Positions 9,336 to 19,189 are shown, counted from the stretch's first letter. The stretch is DNA of 64,000 nucleotides from Minisyncoccota bacterium (GCA_028711065.1 JAQTSY010000001.1:22610-86609), one strand, 5' to 3'. Notes: generated from the sequence alone by a model not told the origin. Program-made: numbers and translations.

Positions 9336-11078
9336 ATGGAACTTCTCTGGAAATATGTAAAAAAACAAAAATGGCTCCTGGCGGGAACTTTGGCTTTGGC
9401 GACAATAAACCAGGGTTTTTCGCTTTTGGATCCGCAAATTTTTCGAATCATTGTTGATAAATATGCGACCCAGGCGTCGAATTACACCCACTCAGGATTT
9501 CTCCGGGGTGTACTGCTTCTTCTCCTCGCTTCGATCGGCGTCGCGCTTGTGTCGCGAATTGCCAAAAATTTCCAAGATTATTACGCCAACGTAATCACTC
9601 AACGAGTGGGAACCGAAATGTACAGCGAATCCGTTGCTCATACTTTTGCTCTGCCTTACGCTATTTTTGAGGATGAAAGAAGCGGGGAGATGCTCCAGAA
9701 ACTTCAGAAAGCCCGTCTTGATGCTCAAACGCTCATTATGAGCGCTATTGGAAGTATTTTCATCGCACTCGTTGGGATTATTTTTGTGATCATCTACGCT
9801 CTCCATGTGCATTGGTCAGTTGGGCTCGTCTATATTCTCATCATTCCCGTGCTTGGAACGGTGACCTTTACTATTTCGAGGAAGATCAAACAGGCGCAGA
9901 AGAATATTGTCATAGAAACCGCAAATCTTGCTGGTTCGACGACAGAGACGATTCGAAACGTCGAGATGGTGAAAAGTTTGGGACTTGAGGAGCAAGAAAT
10001 CACCCGACTCAATATCGTCAATCAGAAAATTCTCCAATTAGAGCTCAAGAAAATTAAACTGATAAGAACACTAAGCTTCATCCAGGGTACGTGCATCAAC
10101 GCGCTCCGCTCGTCGCTTCAGCTCCTTATGCTTTGGCTCATTTGGAGCTCTGCCATCACGGTCGGAGAATTTTTCAGCCTCTTTATCTACTCATTCTTTA
10201 TTTTCAACCCACTTGGTGATCTCGCAAACGTTTTCGCCCAATTTCAAGAAGCCAGCGCAAGCCTCGCTGCCGTAGCGGAGCTCCTTTCTCGCCAAGTTGC
10301 TCCAATTCCTCTTTCCCCCGTCCGACTCAAATCACTTGAATCAATTGAATTTAAAAATGTAGATTTTGCTTACTCGGGAGCTCGAGGTTCGGCTGTTTCG
10401 GGGATTAACTTAAAAATACATGTCGGAGAAACGGTCGCTTTCGTGGGCCCTTCTGGTTCCGGCAAATCGACTCTTGTAAAACTTGTGCTTGGCCTTTACC
10501 AGCCGGAGAAAGGTTCTCTTTCATTCAATACTGTAAATGCGTCCAAGATCGATTTCGAGGCATTGCGAAGCCGTGTCGGGCTTGTTGCGCAGGAGACCCA
10601 GCTTTTTTCAGGAACGATTCGAGATAATCTTTTATTCGTGAAAACTGACGCTACAGATGAAGAGTGTCTTTTAGCGCTTTCTTTTGCTCAAGCCACAACA
10701 ATTTTAGAGAGGAGCGGGCAAGGACTCGATACAAAGATCGGCGAAGGAGGAGTGAAAGTTTCAGGAGGAGAACGCCAGCGTCTCGCTATTGCTCGAGCCC
10801 TTCTTCGAAAACCGGAACTTATTATTTTCGATGAAGCGACTTCGAGCCTTGATTCAATCACCGAAAAAGAAATTACAGACACTATTCAAAGCGTTGAAAT
10901 CGCAGCAAAAGGTGTGATGCAAATTCTAGTTGCTCACAGACTTTCGACAATTGCCCACGCGAAAAGAATTTACGTGCTGGAGAAAGGCAAAATCATCGAA
11001 GAAGGGACGCACGAATCACTCCTTAAGAAAAAAGGGTTATATGCTGCTTTGTGGAGAGAGCAGTCGCCGATGAGTTAG
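9336..11078 (+). CDS. ABC exporter, fused permease/ATPase (MsbA-like type I exporter)
   Basis: An N-terminal 6-TM domain is followed by Walker A 'GPSGSGKST', signature 'VSGGERQRLAIARAL' and Walker B 'IIFDEATSSLD'. Confidence 0.9.
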   Translation: MELLWKYVKKQKWLLAGTLALATINQGFSLLDPQIFRIIVDKYATQASNYTHSGFLRGVLLLLLASIGVALVSRIAKNFQDYYANVITQRVGTEMYSESVAHTFALPYAIFEDERSGEMLQKLQKARLDAQTLIMSAIGSIFIALVGIIFVIIYALHVHWSVGLVYILIIPVLGTVTFTISRKIKQAQKNIVIETANLAGSTTETIRNVEMVKSLGLEEQEITRLNIVNQKILQLELKKIKLIRTLSFIQGTCINALRSSLQLLMLWLIWSSAITVGEFFSLFIYSFFIFNPLGDLANVFAQFQEASASLAAVAELLSRQVAPIPLSPVRLKSLESIEFKNVDFAYSGARGSAVSGINLKIHVGETVAFVGPSGSGKSTLVKLVLGLYQPEKGSLSFNTVNASKIDFEALRSRVGLVAQETQLFSGTIRDNLLFVKTDATDEECLLALSFAQATTILERSGQGLDTKIGEGGVKVSGGERQRLAIARALLRKPELIIFDEATSSLDSITEKEITDTIQSVEIAAKGVMQILVAHRLSTIAHAKRIYVLEKGKIIEEGTHESLLKKKGLYAALWREQSPMS

Positions 11079-11308
11079 AGACTAAGAGCTTTCCTAAGTT
11101 CAGGCTCGTTGAAGCCAACGATAATTTTTCCTCCTATATCGATAACAGGAACTCCCATTTGTCCTGATTTTTCAACAGCTTCTTTTCGCGCTGCCATATC
11201 ACTCGCAGCATTTTTATCGGTAAATTTTACGCCGTTGGCAGTAAAAAAATCTTTTGCCATGTGGCAGAAGTGGCAGGTCGGAGTTGAATAGATTATTACG
11301 TCTTTCAT
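11075..11308 (-). CDS. glutaredoxin-like protein (thioredoxin fold, CxxC)
   Basis: 'YSTPTCHFCHMAKDFF' CxxC motif near the N-terminus in a 77-aa protein. Convergent with the ABC exporter and overlaps its stop by 4 nt. Start chosen at the internal Met 'MKDVIIY'. Confidence 0.7.
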   Translation of the reverse strand: MKDVIIYSTPTCHFCHMAKDFFTANGVKFTDKNAASDMAARKEAVEKSGQMGVPVIDIGGKIIVGFNEPELRKALSL

Positions 11309-11451
11309 AGAAGTTTGAGATAAGATTAGTAAAAGAGTACTCATTATATCAGACAATTTTTAAGACACAAAATTTTTGCCATAACCACTCGCATTCCCGC
11401 CATTTCGGTATATAATGTCTGCCTATAATTAATCAATTAATCCTTCATTTT

Positions 11452-12738
11452 ATGGCTAATTCACCGTTCAACAACTACCTCGTGAGGCTGAAGAGCGCCT
11501 CAACCCTTTTGGGCCTTTCGAACAAGGAATTCAAGACTCTTTCGACTCCTAATAACGTCTTCGAAAAGGAGATCGAAATTGAGCGCGATAATGGCCAGAT
11601 CGAGAGTTTAAAAGCTTATCGAGTTCAGTTTAATAATGCTCGCGGTCCTTATAAAGGCGGTATTCGTTTTCATCCGAAAGCAAATTTGAATGAAGTAAAA
11701 GCGCTCGCTTTGGGCATGGCGGTGAAATGCGCAGTTGTGGGAATTCCGATGGGAGGAGGCAAGGGAGGAGTTGAATTTGATCCAAAGCAGTACTCTCCAA
11801 AAGAAATCGAGGCAATTTCGCGCGCTTGGATGCGAGCGTTCGCCGAACACGTCGGAAGCAAGAAAGATATTCCAGCACCAGATGTCTACACGAACGGCGC
11901 CATTATGTCTTTCATGCTCGATGAATATGAAAAAATTGTTGGTTACAGCGATCCCGGAATGATCACGGGCAAACCGCTTTCTCTTGGTGGAAGTTTGGGA
12001 CGAGACACTGCAACAGCTCAAGGGGGCGTGTATATTTTGGAGGAGCTTGTAAACACACTTGGCTTAAGACGAAAAGATCTGCGTGTGGCAGTGCAGGGAT
12101 TTGGAAACGCGGGATATCATGCGGCATCAATTTTACACGGACTTGGCTACAGAATTGTGGGCCTTTCTGACAGCAAGGGGGGAATTTGGAGCGCACGGGG
12201 ACTTGATCCAGAGGAAGTGAATGCTGTGAAAGAGGAGCGTAACGCCGTTACTGAATTTTATTGCAAAGGCACAGTGTGCGATATGGATAAACTTATGCAC
12301 GATGAAGCAAAAATCTACAGCGAAAAAGATTTCGTAACATGTCCGTGCGATATTCTGATTCCTGCTGCCCTCGACAATGCAATTGACGCGAAAAACGCAA
12401 AAAATGTCAAAGCGAAAATTATTTTGGAACTTGCAAATGACCCGACAACACCCGAAGCGGATCTCATTTTGGCCAAAAAGCGAGCGATCATTGTACCGGA
12501 TGTTTTGGCAAACGCCGGGGGAGTAACGGTTTCCTATTTCGAGTGGGCGCAAAACATTACGGGACAAAGATGGACTGAAGAAGAAGTAAGGGACAAGCTG
12601 AAGCCGATCATGCTCAAAGCTTTTGAAAGCGTCTGGCGGCTTTCAAAAGAGAAAAAGTTGACCCTTCGCAACTCTGCCTATTTTGTGGCAGTAGAAAAAA
12701 TTGCCACCGCAATGCGAGATAGAGGCTCGTTTTTGTGA
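11452..12738 (+). CDS. gdh: glutamate dehydrogenase (Glu/Leu/Phe/Val dehydrogenase family)
   Basis: 'KGGIRFHP' and 'PMGGGKGG' GDH signatures, plus 'GFGNAGYH' Rossmann motif. Confidence 0.9.
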   Translation: MANSPFNNYLVRLKSASTLLGLSNKEFKTLSTPNNVFEKEIEIERDNGQIESLKAYRVQFNNARGPYKGGIRFHPKANLNEVKALALGMAVKCAVVGIPMGGGKGGVEFDPKQYSPKEIEAISRAWMRAFAEHVGSKKDIPAPDVYTNGAIMSFMLDEYEKIVGYSDPGMITGKPLSLGGSLGRDTATAQGGVYILEELVNTLGLRRKDLRVAVQGFGNAGYHAASILHGLGYRIVGLSDSKGGIWSARGLDPEEVNAVKEERNAVTEFYCKGTVCDMDKLMHDEAKIYSEKDFVTCPCDILIPAALDNAIDAKNAKNVKAKIILELANDPTTPEADLILAKKRAIIVPDVLANAGGVTVSYFEWAQNITGQRWTEEEVRDKLKPIMLKAFESVWRLSKEKKLTLRNSAYFVAVEKIATAMRDRGSFL

Positions 12739-12750
12739 TAGTATGGGTTT

Positions 12751-13443
12751 ATGAGCACCGACCGAAAAGTCGCCATTTTTGATGTAGACGGAACGATATT
12801 TCGTTCCAGCCTTCTTATCGAATTGGTGGAAATAATGATCGAATATGGGCTTTTTCAGGAGTCTGTGCGGGCAGATTACGAACGAGAGCGTTTGCACTGG
12901 CTTGAGAGAAAAGGGGATTACGAAGCCTATATTCAGGCCATCATAAAAGTTTTTGTCGCAAATATTAAAGGCGTTTCTTATAAAGAATTTGACGACGCTT
13001 GTACAGAAGTAGTCGCTCGGCACAAAGACAAAAATTATCGCTTTACCCGAGACCTCATCAAAGATTTGAAAAAGAAAGGTTACTACCTTCTTGCCATCTC
13101 GCAGTCTCCCAAAACAATTCTCGATAAGTTTTGCATTCCGCTCGGATTTGATAAAGTGTATGGCAGGATTTATGAGACCGGGCCTTCGGACAAATTGACT
13201 GGTGCGGTAACGGACGAACATCTCATAAGCAATAAGGCAAACATCGTGCGCAGGGCGGTACTCAAAGAAAATCTGACCCTCGAAAATTCTGTCGGAGTTG
13301 GAGACACCGAAAGTGATATCCCGTTTTTGGAAATGGTGGCTAAACCAATATGTTTTAATCCAAATTCCATGCTTTGGAAGCAGGCGAAGCGCTCTAAATG
13401 GCGAGTCGTTGTGGAAAGAAAGGATGTCGTATACGAAATATAA
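12751..13443 (+). CDS. HAD-superfamily hydrolase (subfamily IB, phosphoserine-phosphatase-like)
   Basis: 'IFDVDGTIF' HAD motif I (DxDGT) and a C-terminal 'GVGDTESDIPFL' motif III. Confidence 0.75.
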   Translation: MSTDRKVAIFDVDGTIFRSSLLIELVEIMIEYGLFQESVRADYERERLHWLERKGDYEAYIQAIIKVFVANIKGVSYKEFDDACTEVVARHKDKNYRFTRDLIKDLKKKGYYLLAISQSPKTILDKFCIPLGFDKVYGRIYETGPSDKLTGAVTDEHLISNKANIVRRAVLKENLTLENSVGVGDTESDIPFLEMVAKPICFNPNSMLWKQAKRSKWRVVVERKDVVYEI

Positions 13444-13485
13444 ACACAAGAAATTGTCACGTACTAAAATTTTTAACGTTATTCT

Positions 13486-14067
13486 ATGAGACGCACCGAT
13501 GATGAAAATACTCGAACGCTGTTAGAGGAGGCGAAGAAAGGCGATAAACATGCTTTTGAAGAAGTGTACCGCCTTTTCTTTACGCCAGTCTATCGATATG
13601 TCTATCTTCGGGTAAAAGACAAGAAGCTCGTTGAGATGCTTACCCAAGATGTTTTCATAAAAGTATATAGTTCGCTCGGCCAGTTTCAATCTAAAGGAGC
13701 ATCTCCACTTTCGTATTTCTTTACAGTCGCGAGAAACACGATCATCGATCATTGGCGAAAAGACAGAAATAAAATTTCGTTCGGAAAGGAAGATCTTATG
13801 CTGGTAGTTCCGGATACTGCCGATAATCCCGAGCAATCGTACGAAAAACAAGAAACAAAGGCTCTTTTGTATAAGGCGGTGAATATGCTAAAGCAAGATG
13901 AGCGGGAAGCCATTTCAATGCGATATTTAAACGAAATTCCTAATAAAGAGATCGCGAAACATATGGAAAGAACGGAAGAATCAGTGCGACAGCTTCAGTC
14001 GAGGGGGCTTAAATCACTTCGGGTGATCCTTCTTGAGCTTTCTCGGGGTAGCGAAGATAAAAAATAA
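13486..14067 (+). CDS. RNA polymerase sigma factor, ECF (sigma-70 family regions 2 and 4)
   Basis: Region 2 'FEEVYRLFFTPVYRYVYLRV...ARNTIIDHWRK' and region 4 'EREAISMRYLNEIPNKEIAKHMERTEESVRQLQSRGLKSLR'. Confidence 0.8.
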   Translation: MRRTDDENTRTLLEEAKKGDKHAFEEVYRLFFTPVYRYVYLRVKDKKLVEMLTQDVFIKVYSSLGQFQSKGASPLSYFFTVARNTIIDHWRKDRNKISFGKEDLMLVVPDTADNPEQSYEKQETKALLYKAVNMLKQDEREAISMRYLNEIPNKEIAKHMERTEESVRQLQSRGLKSLRVILLELSRGSEDKK

Positions 14068-14071
14068 TTCT

Positions 14072-15379
14072 ATGCCAGCTCCTAAAAAAGAAATTGACGA
14101 AAATCTAATAGCAAAAGCCCTCGAAATGCACGAGGCGGGCAAAGTGAATCAGGAGATCATCTCTCGGCTTGTTCCAAACGGAAATAAAGAGGAACTGGAA
14201 GAGATCCTTGAATGTTTGGCCTGGGTAGAAAATGAAGGGAAAAGCATTTCACCCTCTCCGCTTCTTCTGCGCACCATTTTGGCTCACGTACCTCATGCAG
14301 AGAAAGTCGCCGCTGCGACAGAGGTTCCTCCCATTTCTGACGAAGGTCTAAAGAAAAAAATAAAAGAGCGGCCTATTTTCGACATTTCTAAATTGAAAGA
14401 CACCTTCTTGAATAAAAAAATCTTTCTGCCTGTTGGTGCGGTGGCCGTTGTCCTCTTTCTTTTTCTTATTTTAAAACCTGGAAGTGCCCCGACTACAACC
14501 ACCACGCTTCCTTCTTCCGAAGCCACGCAAGCTTTTCTCACAAAATCCTCAATTGAAAATCCCGTAACCATAGATGAAATCTTCAGTGACTTGGACAAGG
14601 AAACAGAAGATGAGTTGAGCGGTGTGACGGCAACAGTAGACGCAATGACTCCAGTTCCTGCGGCGGCTCTTTTAGATACGAGTGCAATTGTAAACAAAAA
14701 TGAGACAGATAAAGGAGTTTGTGAGCGAATTTCAACCGCAAGCGCCGATGCTGATACGCAAATTACTGGGAGACAGACAAAGTTCGAAACTGCATATAAT
14801 TTCGAACTGCAAAAACTGGAACAAAAACTGGCAAGCACAACTCAAGAATTAAATGATAAAAGAGATACTGCAAAAGCGTCCTTTGCCTCTCAAGTGCTTT
14901 CGTTTTCAGATGCGGCCTCAACAACCGAACAAAAACAAGCAATTTCTGACTTTCAACAAGCAGTGGAAAAAGCTCGCGCGACGCGCCTTGTTTCTGTAGA
15001 TGCAGCAGTTAAAATTTTTGGAGATGCAGTGGCGAGTTCGACTGACGCAAAGAAAACTGCGACCCTAACAGCACTTCAAAGTTTTCAAACCTCTGTACAA
15101 CGGGCCTTTCAGAAAGCAGAGTCAGATTGCGTAAGTTCAATTCCGAAAGATACTACGCAATCAAATCTCATAAAAACCCTTAATAGCGCAGAGGCTACGC
15201 TTAAAGCAAACCAAACTTCTCTCTCTAAGACAGCTCCCGTTTTCGACGTCCTCGTGAAAACGCGTAGAGATTCGATATTGAGAGCGTTTTCTGGCTACAA
15301 ACTTTCTCTTCGAAAAATGAAAGCTGACTTACGGCTCGTATTTCCTGTTCCGAAGAAATCCACAGCCCCATCCATCTAG
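14072..15379 (+). CDS. candidate anti-sigma factor (single-pass membrane protein with Ala/Thr/Ser-rich extracytoplasmic domain)
   Basis: The start lies 4 nt after the ECF sigma stop, suggesting translational coupling. The protein has a ~115-aa N-terminal cytoplasmic segment, one TM helix 'IFLPVGAVAVVLFLFLIL', and a ~300-aa low-complexity C-terminal domain. Confidence 0.4.
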   Translation: MPAPKKEIDENLIAKALEMHEAGKVNQEIISRLVPNGNKEELEEILECLAWVENEGKSISPSPLLLRTILAHVPHAEKVAAATEVPPISDEGLKKKIKERPIFDISKLKDTFLNKKIFLPVGAVAVVLFLFLILKPGSAPTTTTTLPSSEATQAFLTKSSIENPVTIDEIFSDLDKETEDELSGVTATVDAMTPVPAAALLDTSAIVNKNETDKGVCERISTASADADTQITGRQTKFETAYNFELQKLEQKLASTTQELNDKRDTAKASFASQVLSFSDAASTTEQKQAISDFQQAVEKARATRLVSVDAAVKIFGDAVASSTDAKKTATLTALQSFQTSVQRAFQKAESDCVSSIPKDTTQSNLIKTLNSAEATLKANQTSLSKTAPVFDVLVKTRRDSILRAFSGYKLSLRKMKADLRLVFPVPKKSTAPSI

Positions 15380-15406
15380 GAAAAAGCGGTAGGGTATAAT
15401 AGACCC

Positions 15407-16285
15407 ATGCAGAATTCCCTCGGGGTTCTTTTGTCGGTATCAACACTTCTTCTTTGGAGCGTTGGCGATTTTTATATACAAAAATCAACTCGCCTTGTTG
15501 GCATTTGGAAATCTCTTTTCTTCATAAGTTTCTTCGGAATGGTATTAGAGCTTCCTTTTGTGTGGGTCGAGGTACAAAAGATTTTTTTAAGCCCTCAAAG
15601 CCTTATCCTTCTTGTTGTTCTCGGATTATCGATATTTCTTGCCGCTTTACTCGATTTTGAGGCCCTGAAACGAGGGAAAATTGCGGTTGTCGAGCCCGTA
15701 TTCGGGCTCGGAATTCCTTTCACTGTTTTTCTCGCAGTTGTCTCTGGTCATGATATTTTAAGCCTCACCCAAAGTCTTCTGATCGGTGCTATTTTCATCG
15801 GAATCATTCTTTCAGTTGTAGTAAAAGGTTCTTTTCGTTACGATCGAATTATTTGGGAAAAAGGCGTGTTCATTGCAATTCTCGGAACTTTAGCAATGGC
15901 TCTTACGAATTTTCTAACAGGAATTGGAAGCCAGCTCATCTCTCCGCTTATGACGATCTGGTTTATCAACTTTTTCCTCACTATCACGACATTTGTGTAC
16001 CTTTTCGCGAAAGGGGAATGGAGAAGCTTGCCAAACGACCTGCGAAGGCACTCGAAAGTTATTCTCGAAGAAAGCCTTTTCGACAACATTGCTTGGCTCT
16101 CGTACGCTTTTGCAATGACGCTCATCCCTATAAGCATTTCAACCTCAATAGCTGAGAGCTATATTGTGATGGCCGTTCTTCTCGGTGTCTCTGTGAATAA
16201 AGAAACGCTGAATCGCCACCAAGTGCTTGGCGTTATTCTCGCAGTTCTCGGAGTAATCTCGCTCTCGCTTACCGTAACTGGCTGA
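15407..16285 (+). CDS. EamA/DMT-family membrane protein
   Basis: 10-TM polytopic protein with EamA-like repeat architecture. Confidence 0.6.
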   Translation: MQNSLGVLLSVSTLLLWSVGDFYIQKSTRLVGIWKSLFFISFFGMVLELPFVWVEVQKIFLSPQSLILLVVLGLSIFLAALLDFEALKRGKIAVVEPVFGLGIPFTVFLAVVSGHDILSLTQSLLIGAIFIGIILSVVVKGSFRYDRIIWEKGVFIAILGTLAMALTNFLTGIGSQLISPLMTIWFINFFLTITTFVYLFAKGEWRSLPNDLRRHSKVILEESLFDNIAWLSYAFAMTLIPISISTSIAESYIVMAVLLGVSVNKETLNRHQVLGVILAVLGVISLSLTVTG

Positions 16286-16286
16286 T

Positions 16287-16931
16287 ATGTTGCGCATAAT
16301 TCTCGCATCGCTCGGATTTCTCCTCATCCTTCTTGTTTCAGAAGCTTGCAAGAAGCATTTTCATTTTTCAGCGGATATAACACGGAAGATCGCCCATATG
16401 TTTTCGGGCGTCTTTGCTTTTTTTCTGCCGTATCTCCTAACCAGGGGGGAACTTATTGTTCTGTCAGTTTTATTTATCGGAATTATTTTTGGCACAAAAA
16501 CTTTCGGATTATTCGGAAGCATCCACGGAGTATCCCGCAAAACGTGGGGCGAAATCTATTTCCCGCTTTCTCTGGGACTTTTAGCATATTTTTTTCTTCC
16601 CGATCGCGTACTTTCAGCACAATTTGGGGTACTAGTGCTTGGATTTTCTGATGCGTTGGCGAGCATCGTTGGGATAGAGTTTGGCTCTCATAAGCTGCGG
16701 ATTTTCGGGCACCAGAAAAGTATCGAAGGAAGTGCCGCCTTTTTTGTCACAACAATCGTCATTACCATCGCCTTTCTTACTCCAACCTCTTTTTTGATAA
16801 TTATTGCCGGACTTTTTGTGGCATTTCTCCTGACTTCGGTTGAACTTTTCTCGATAAACGGTCTTGATAATCTCCTTTTGCCAGTTTTGGGAGCATACTT
16901 GTTTCAATACATCTTACTTGCTTTGAGGTAG
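16287..16931 (+). CDS. CTP_transf_1-family membrane protein (dolichol/phytol kinase or CdsA-like)
   Basis: Polytopic protein carrying 'DALASIVGIEFGSHKLRIFGHQKSIEGSAAF', which resembles the cytidylyltransferase-family K-[ST]-x-EG-[ST] motif. Confidence 0.45.
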   Translation: MLRIILASLGFLLILLVSEACKKHFHFSADITRKIAHMFSGVFAFFLPYLLTRGELIVLSVLFIGIIFGTKTFGLFGSIHGVSRKTWGEIYFPLSLGLLAYFFLPDRVLSAQFGVLVLGFSDALASIVGIEFGSHKLRIFGHQKSIEGSAAFFVTTIVITIAFLTPTSFLIIIAGLFVAFLLTSVELFSINGLDNLLLPVLGAYLFQYILLALR

Positions 16932-16992
16932 TTCCAGAGCTAAAATAGAAGGATAGAGCTTATTAGAAGGCTTTCTTAACTATTTAGAGCGT

Positions 16993-17376
16993 ATGGATTT
17001 ACTATTTCTTTTTGGGCGGATCCTTTTTGGAGGTTTCTTCCTTTATAGCGGAATTAAACATTTTACTAGAGTAAATGCATTTTCTGCCTATGCTGGGAGC
17101 AAGCATGTTCCAAGTCCGAAAGTTTCGGTTTATGCTACCGGAGTACTTATCTTTCTGGGGGGAGCGGGAGTTGTTTTGGGTATTTCCCCAGTCTGGTCGC
17201 TCATATTTATCATCCTTTTTCTTGTGCCCGTGACCTTTATCATGCATCAATTCTGGAAGGAAACAGACCCAATGCAAAGAGCCGTACAGACCACGAACTT
17301 TCTCAAAAATATCGCCCTTCTTGGGGCAGCGCTTATGCTCCTCTCTGTCGCAACTCCTTGGCCGTTTTCGTTCTAG
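16993..17376 (+). CDS. DoxX-family membrane protein
   Basis: 'LFGRILFGGFFLYSGIKHF' DoxX N-terminal motif and four TM helices. Confidence 0.7.
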   Translation: MDLLFLFGRILFGGFFLYSGIKHFTRVNAFSAYAGSKHVPSPKVSVYATGVLIFLGGAGVVLGISPVWSLIFIILFLVPVTFIMHQFWKETDPMQRAVQTTNFLKNIALLGAALMLLSVATPWPFSF

Positions 17377-17400
17377 GAATTCCTTACCACGCAAGCAAGC

Positions 17401-17575
17401 CCCACACCTTTTGGGAAACTCACTGGGCTCTGTGCAGCGGAAAGGAGCTTTTCCGGAAAACTGAACTGTCTGAGCCTCGCCCCACAGGCGGGCGAGTTTT
17501 CACGTTTTCCGAAATAGAAAAGCTCCTATTCCGCAATCAGAGAACCAGTGGCAGCTGTTTTCCAAAAGGTGTGGG
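17401..17575. ncRNA. candidate structured ncRNA (~175-nt extended hairpin; family unassigned)
   Basis: ORF-poor convergent intergenic region. A perfect 14-bp closing helix pairs 17401-17414 with 17562-17575. Inside it, 17437-17461 pairs with 17504-17534 (25 bp with one bulge), 'cactgg' 17421-26 pairs with 'ccagtg' 17545-50, and an apical hairpin 'ctcgccc/gggcgag' is followed by 'tttt'. Strand undetermined. Confidence 0.45.
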
Positions 17576-17584
17576 CGAGTAACT

Positions 17585-18280
17585 TTACTGACCCCTTAGA
17601 TGGGCTTTTTTAATGATCTCTATGATCTCGTCTTCATTATCCGTAATACTATAGATGAGGAGATCCTCGGGGCGAATTGTTCCGTATTTATCTAAAAGTG
17701 TGGCTCGAAAAAGTTTTTCCATTGGTTGCCAGTATTCTGCGCCAAACAATACGATCGGTACCGGCGAAATTTTGTGTGTCTGTCGCAGAGTCAGTATCTC
17801 GAAGAATTCATCGAGGGTGCCGAAACCCCCAGGAAAGAAGACGCAGCATTTTGCCGTAAAGGCAAGAATAAATCGCCGGATAAAGAAATAATAGAAATCG
17901 ACAGAGTCGGTAACGTACTGATTGGTCACCTGTTCATGAGGAAGTTTGATAGTAATGCCTATTGAGTTTCCGTTCGCTTCTTTTGCTCCTCTATTCGCTG
18001 CTTCCATAATTCCGGGACCTCCGCCGGTAATGACCGCGCATTGCGTCTGTTCGACAATTTTTCTTCCCAAAGCGCGGGCTTTCTCGTAAAACACTGTCCC
18101 TTCTTGTATTTTTGTCCCGCCGTATATTGTTACTGCTTTAGGATATTGAGCGACAAATTCAAAGCCCCGCAAGAATTCACTGTCGATTTCAGACACGCGG
18201 TCTTTCGCTGTGACGTGAGCGTGGTGTTTGATCTTATCAATAAAAGAAATCAGTGCTTCGCTGTGATTATCTGTATTCAT
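17585..18280 (-). CDS. LOG-family protein (cytokinin riboside 5'-monophosphate phosphoribohydrolase-like, TIGR00730)
   Basis: 'GGGPGIMEAANRGA' and 'PGGFGTLDEFFE' LOG signatures. Confidence 0.8.
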   Translation of the reverse strand: MNTDNHSEALISFIDKIKHHAHVTAKDRVSEIDSEFLRGFEFVAQYPKAVTIYGGTKIQEGTVFYEKARALGRKIVEQTQCAVITGGGPGIMEAANRGAKEANGNSIGITIKLPHEQVTNQYVTDSVDFYYFFIRRFILAFTAKCCVFFPGGFGTLDEFFEILTLRQTHKISPVPIVLFGAEYWQPMEKLFRATLLDKYGTIRPEDLLIYSITDNEDEIIEIIKKAHLRGQ

Positions 18281-18367
18281 TGGGCTCTATTTTATCAAGG
18301 AAAGTCGAAAATGTCCCGCGCCTTCAGCTGGACATCTTTCGACATGATTTTTGTGTGTCAAAAATCA

Positions 18368-19105
18368 TCATTTTTTTAATCCAATGCTTTCGAGAAAAAG
18401 CGTGAGCTCTTTCCCACTCAATTCCCGATATTGCCCCTCTTTTGTATTCCCAAGCCGGATATTCATGATACGAATCCGCTGAAGGTCCCTCACTTCATAT
18501 CCGCAAGCAGTACACATTCTTCGGATTTGGTGCCGTTTTCCTTCAGTGATCGTGATCGTAAGAGTTTTTTCATCCAACTCTTCTACGACAGCAGGCTTGG
18601 TCGTGAAATCCTCAAGAGCAATGCCTTTTTCGAGCCTTTGAATAAATTGTTCGGTGATCGGCTTATTTACCACCACTTGATATTCTTTTTCATGGGTCTT
18701 GTCGGGACTCAAAAGCCTTTCAATAATTCTTCCGTCATTTGTGAGAATGATAAGCCCTCGAGATTCCTTGTCGAGCCGTCCGACAGGAAATACTTTCGTG
18801 CGAAATTTTACAAGGTCAACAATTGCTTTCTCACCGGGCTGGGGCATCGTGGTTGTAATTCCCGGAGCCTTGTTGTAAGCCAAATAGACGTAATTGTTTT
18901 TTTCTCTGCCGGCATTTTGTATTTCCACCCTATCCTCTTTGTTTACTTTATCCCCAAGTACGGCAATTTTGCCATTTATGGTCACCTTTTTCTGTTCAAT
19001 CAAAGTATCAGCGCCACGGCGAGTAGAATGTCCTTGCAGAGCCAAATAGCGGTTAATCCGCATTGGATAGACGATTTCAGGCTCTTTTTGCAGTGATTTC
19101 TTCAT
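18368..19105 (-). CDS. rRNA pseudouridine synthase (RsuA/RluB family)
   Basis: An N-terminal S4 domain 'MRINRYLALQGHSTRRGADTLIEQKKVTINGK' is followed by the catalytic 'VGRLDKESRGLIILTNDG' motif. Confidence 0.85.
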   Translation of the reverse strand: MKKSLQKEPEIVYPMRINRYLALQGHSTRRGADTLIEQKKVTINGKIAVLGDKVNKEDRVEIQNAGREKNNYVYLAYNKAPGITTTMPQPGEKAIVDLVKFRTKVFPVGRLDKESRGLIILTNDGRIIERLLSPDKTHEKEYQVVVNKPITEQFIQRLEKGIALEDFTTKPAVVEELDEKTLTITITEGKRHQIRRMCTACGYEVRDLQRIRIMNIRLGNTKEGQYRELSGKELTLFLESIGLKK

Positions 19106-19189
19106 AGTTAGACACTATAACACGCATTGCGCAAAATAGTCTGTGAGTATATGATTACAGTATATTAATATCCTTTTTCATTTTCACGT

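Noticed and set aside
17358-17582. 74-aa + strand ORF between doxX and LOG
   Set aside because: It lies entirely within the extensively base-paired 17401-17575 region and has no protein-like features. The structured ncRNA or terminator-complex interpretation is preferred.
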